A DNA stretch of 64,000 nt, from positions 13,998 through 77,997 of the forward strand of contig JAFDKF010000002.1 of NCBI GenBank assembly GCA_019307135.1, written 5' to 3'. The notes below the pieces were generated by a model, which worked only from the letters and a program-made list of their open reading frames with translations, searched no databases and was not told the origin of the DNA. The position numbers were made by a program, and so were the translations under genes. Positions within the stretch are counted from its first letter, which is position 1, and each line of letters starts with the position of its first letter. Below are positions 61,982 to 64,000 of the stretch, piece by piece. Source of the stretch: Deltaproteobacteria bacterium. Its GTDB lineage: Bacteria; Desulfobacterota; Desulfobacteria; Desulfobacterales; C00003060.

Positions 61982-62052
61982 AAATATAGATCCTCCTTTC
62001 TTATCAACCGGGATTACTAATAATAAAATCATTTGAGGGTTGTCATGAACTC

Positions 62053-62427
62053 TTACTTATCTTTGATTATAAGCGGTTTGCTCTCATTGCCGTGCTTGTC
62101 AATGGCAACAACCGCGACGCTATCCGTCAAACCGGTTAAAACGATCTCGCCGTTTTCTCCAACGTCCCTGGCAAATACTGTTCTGTCCATATCAAAAATC
62201 TCGCCGTCATAATCAACATCGACCAACAGCATGGCAAGCCCGTCAAGTCCTTTCAAGCTTTTCCCCTGCTTATCCAGTATCTTTGTGCCAAACCGGGTGA
62301 TCTTCAAACCCTGCTTGGTTTTTTCAACCTTGATCTCAACATCATCATTAAAATAAAACCCGGTCGAATTGATGAGGTTATTGACATTTTCCTGTGAACT
62401 TGGCTGGTCCTGTATCATCAAGATCAA
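62053..62427 (-). CDS. Small protein resembling the C-terminal beta-rich tail of certain DNA methyltransferases (orphan fragment?)
   Basis: LLVDVDYDGEIFDMDRTVFARD...VAVVAIDKHGNESKPLII resembles, from memory, the W.VD.DYDG..F...IAVKV.DIFGNDT tail of COG1743/COG2189-type methylases. No catalytic methylase motifs are present. Confidence 0.4.
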   Translation of the reverse strand: MILMIQDQPSSQENVNNLINSTGFYFNDDVEIKVEKTKQGLKITRFGTKILDKQGKSLKGLDGLAMLLVDVDYDGEIFDMDRTVFARDVGENGEIVLTGLTDSVAVVAIDKHGNESKPLIIKDK

Positions 62428-62490
62428 TCTTTATAAAAAATAAGAAACAAAATTCCGGTTGAACCTGTATTTTACGCATTTCTATTTTTT

Positions 62491-64000
62491 TTAGTTTATC
62501 GCTTGGATACCAACGCACTTGTGTCGGACATTGATAACCCCATCATAGTCTGAACGGATCTTCGCTTCATGATTCCGGGTGAACATCTTCAATTTATCCT
62601 CAATCAAGGATAAAGGCACTGGCGACCCATTCCCTCTGAAATCCTCGCGGAGCAAAAAATCCAAATCCCCCAATTCTTTTTCTCCATCAATCAAAAAGCT
62701 TTGATACAGCTCACGCCTTGTTCCATCCTCAAATTCAATTGTAAAGAGATATCGAGCGATCAGAGAGGATGAAATGCCATCATGTTTTGCGTTCAACAAC
62801 TCTCCAGATACGGATTCGCTCCTATAATAGTCTATTAAGGCATCTATGAGTGGATGACCGATCCCAAGCAAATCAACATTTTTCTTTCGGGTAGCGGTCT
62901 TCCTGGAAAAGGTAACGTTGTCATATCGAGATGCCACGTCTGGATATTTCTTTAAGGTGGGAGGAACAGTTATTTGAATAATATCCCCAGATGGAATGAA
63001 GCCTCCGCCCAGGCGCAGAATCGCTTTTTCCACGAACAGTTTCAGATCTTCCAACGTAAACTTCCCTTCGAGTTCCCTATAATATTCCAAGTTGAAGGTT
63101 GAAAGGTCCTGAGTAAGTTGTCGGAGGGCCTCACTTGCATCTTTCGCTACCCGGATGGCCTCAGCGATCTCCTGTTCAGTTCTTTTGTAATTTCGATGCA
63201 GAAGGGCCTCCCTGTAGAGAGACGTGTAGTTGGCGCTCGATCCTAAAAATCCAAGTATCTCTGACCGGAAATCTTCACTTACGTCACCCGTTATAGGGTC
63301 CACTTTACCAATGGTCATTGCTATCTCAAAAAGCTTTTCCTCGAGGATTGCGTAAACCTTTTCTTCTATGGTTTCCTCTGCAACGAGGTGGTTGACCTGG
63401 ACGGTTTCCGTTTGGCCGTATCTATGAATCCGACCGATACGCTGTTCAACCGCCATAGGATTCCAAGGCAGATCATAGTTGAATAGAATTCGACAAACCT
63501 GAAGGTTGATTCCCTCACCACCCGCTGAGGTGGAGATGAGAAACTGGGCACCATCTTCATTCCAGAAAGATTCGCAAGATGCAATTTTATCCTCCAACGG
63601 GCCGCCCTTAATGATCGCTATCTTCTTAGGATCATAATATTTACCTATCTCATCTTGAAGAAAATAGAGGGTTTCCAGGTATTGGGTAAAGATGACCATC
63701 TTCTCATTCTTATTTTCCCTTCTGATCTGTTCAATGGCACGAATTAAAGTGTCAAATTTCCGGTCAGGCCCTTCATCCACAAGGTCTATAAGGTCTTTTA
63801 TCTTTTCCTCCTCATTAGGGATATTAGCCGCTGCTTCAATGATTCCGTTCCCCGACTCCATGGCATCCAAGGCCCAGTGGGTGACTTCTTCCTCAAACCG
63901 AGGCCTTTTCATAAGTCGCTGTTTTAGTCTGGTGATGTATGAATCAGCTTCCATATAATCAATGTTAGCCTTTCGATAGGAGAGTAACTCAGCAACTATC
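62491..64000 (-). CDS. SNF2-family helicase, C-terminal half; gene continues beyond the right edge
   Basis: LISTSAGGEGINLQ (motif V), DLPWNPMAVEQRIGRIHRYGQ (motif VI), then a ~290-aa C-terminal domain. The frame stays open upstream of the listed Met to position 64000 (...IVAELLSYRKANIDYMEAD). Confidence 0.8.
   Translation of the reverse strand, partial: IVAELLSYRKANIDYMEADSYITRLKQRLMKRPRFEEEVTHWALDAMESGNGIIEAAANIPNEEEKIKDLIDLVDEGPDRKFDTLIRAIEQIRRENKNEKMVIFTQYLETLYFLQDEIGKYYDPKKIAIIKGGPLEDKIASCESFWNEDGAQFLISTSAGGEGINLQVCRILFNYDLPWNPMAVEQRIGRIHRYGQTETVQVNHLVAEETIEEKVYAILEEKLFEIAMTIGKVDPITGDVSEDFRSEILGFLGSSANYTSLYREALLHRNYKRTEQEIAEAIRVAKDASEALRQLTQDLSTFNLEYYRELEGKFTLEDLKLFVEKAILRLGGGFIPSGDIIQITVPPTLKKYPDVASRYDNVTFSRKTATRKKNVDLLGIGHPLIDALIDYYRSESVSGELLNAKHDGISSSLIARYLFTIEFEDGTRRELYQSFLIDGEKELGDLDFLLREDFRGNGSPVPLSLIEDKLKMFTRNHEAKIRSDYDGVINVRHKCVGIQAIN

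Overview
This 64-kb window looks like chromosome from a sulfate-reducing Desulfobacterota (deltaproteobacterial) lineage. No homology search was possible. All calls rest on the supplied ORF track, my own reading of both strands, and remembered family motifs.

Core content:
- dsrA-dsrB-dsrD-dsrN at 44.5-49.0 kb, plus dsrC, a tetraheme cytochrome c3 and tatA/tatC.
- purL (partial, open at the left edge), purN, fabH, cobO, era, def, ilvE, a cold-shock protein, a DEAD-box helicase and tRNA-Leu(CAA).

The centre of the window (26.4-34.9 kb) is a single-strand cluster of small metallocofactor-type genes:
- three NifX/MTH1175-like domains;
- two MinD-type ATPases with ferredoxin inserts, and one Mrp/NBP35 ATPase;
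- DUF59, a radical SAM enzyme, two DUF5320-type Gly/Arg/Met-rich proteins, and a DUF134 regulator with a perfect palindromic operator.
It resembles the poorly understood anaerobe-specific orange-protein (ORP) gene set. I rank it as the most likely under-described system here.

Accessory content:
- An intact integron integrase with a duplicated N-terminal domain, a candidate attI and a short cassette-like tract that includes a decayed toxin-antitoxin pair.
- An IspH-UbiA fusion.
- An orphan, AT-richer YcaO flanked by MITEs.
- A B12-radical SAM enzyme fused to a trigger-factor-like PPIase domain.
- A UDP-glucose pyrophosphorylase with two GT-A-like proteins, next to a signal-peptide-bearing Memo-AMMECR1 fusion.
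- A defence-island remnant at the right edge: a partial SNF2 helicase, an orphan methylase-tail ORF and an MNT/HEPN pair.

The window also holds several MITE-like families, two with clean target-site duplications. One palindromic element sits in frame inside dsrN. Intergenic hairpins whose arms are tandem 7-9 nt repeats are common. A small AAAATCG-N5-CGATTTT hairpin recurs in gene leaders and in the tRNA leader.
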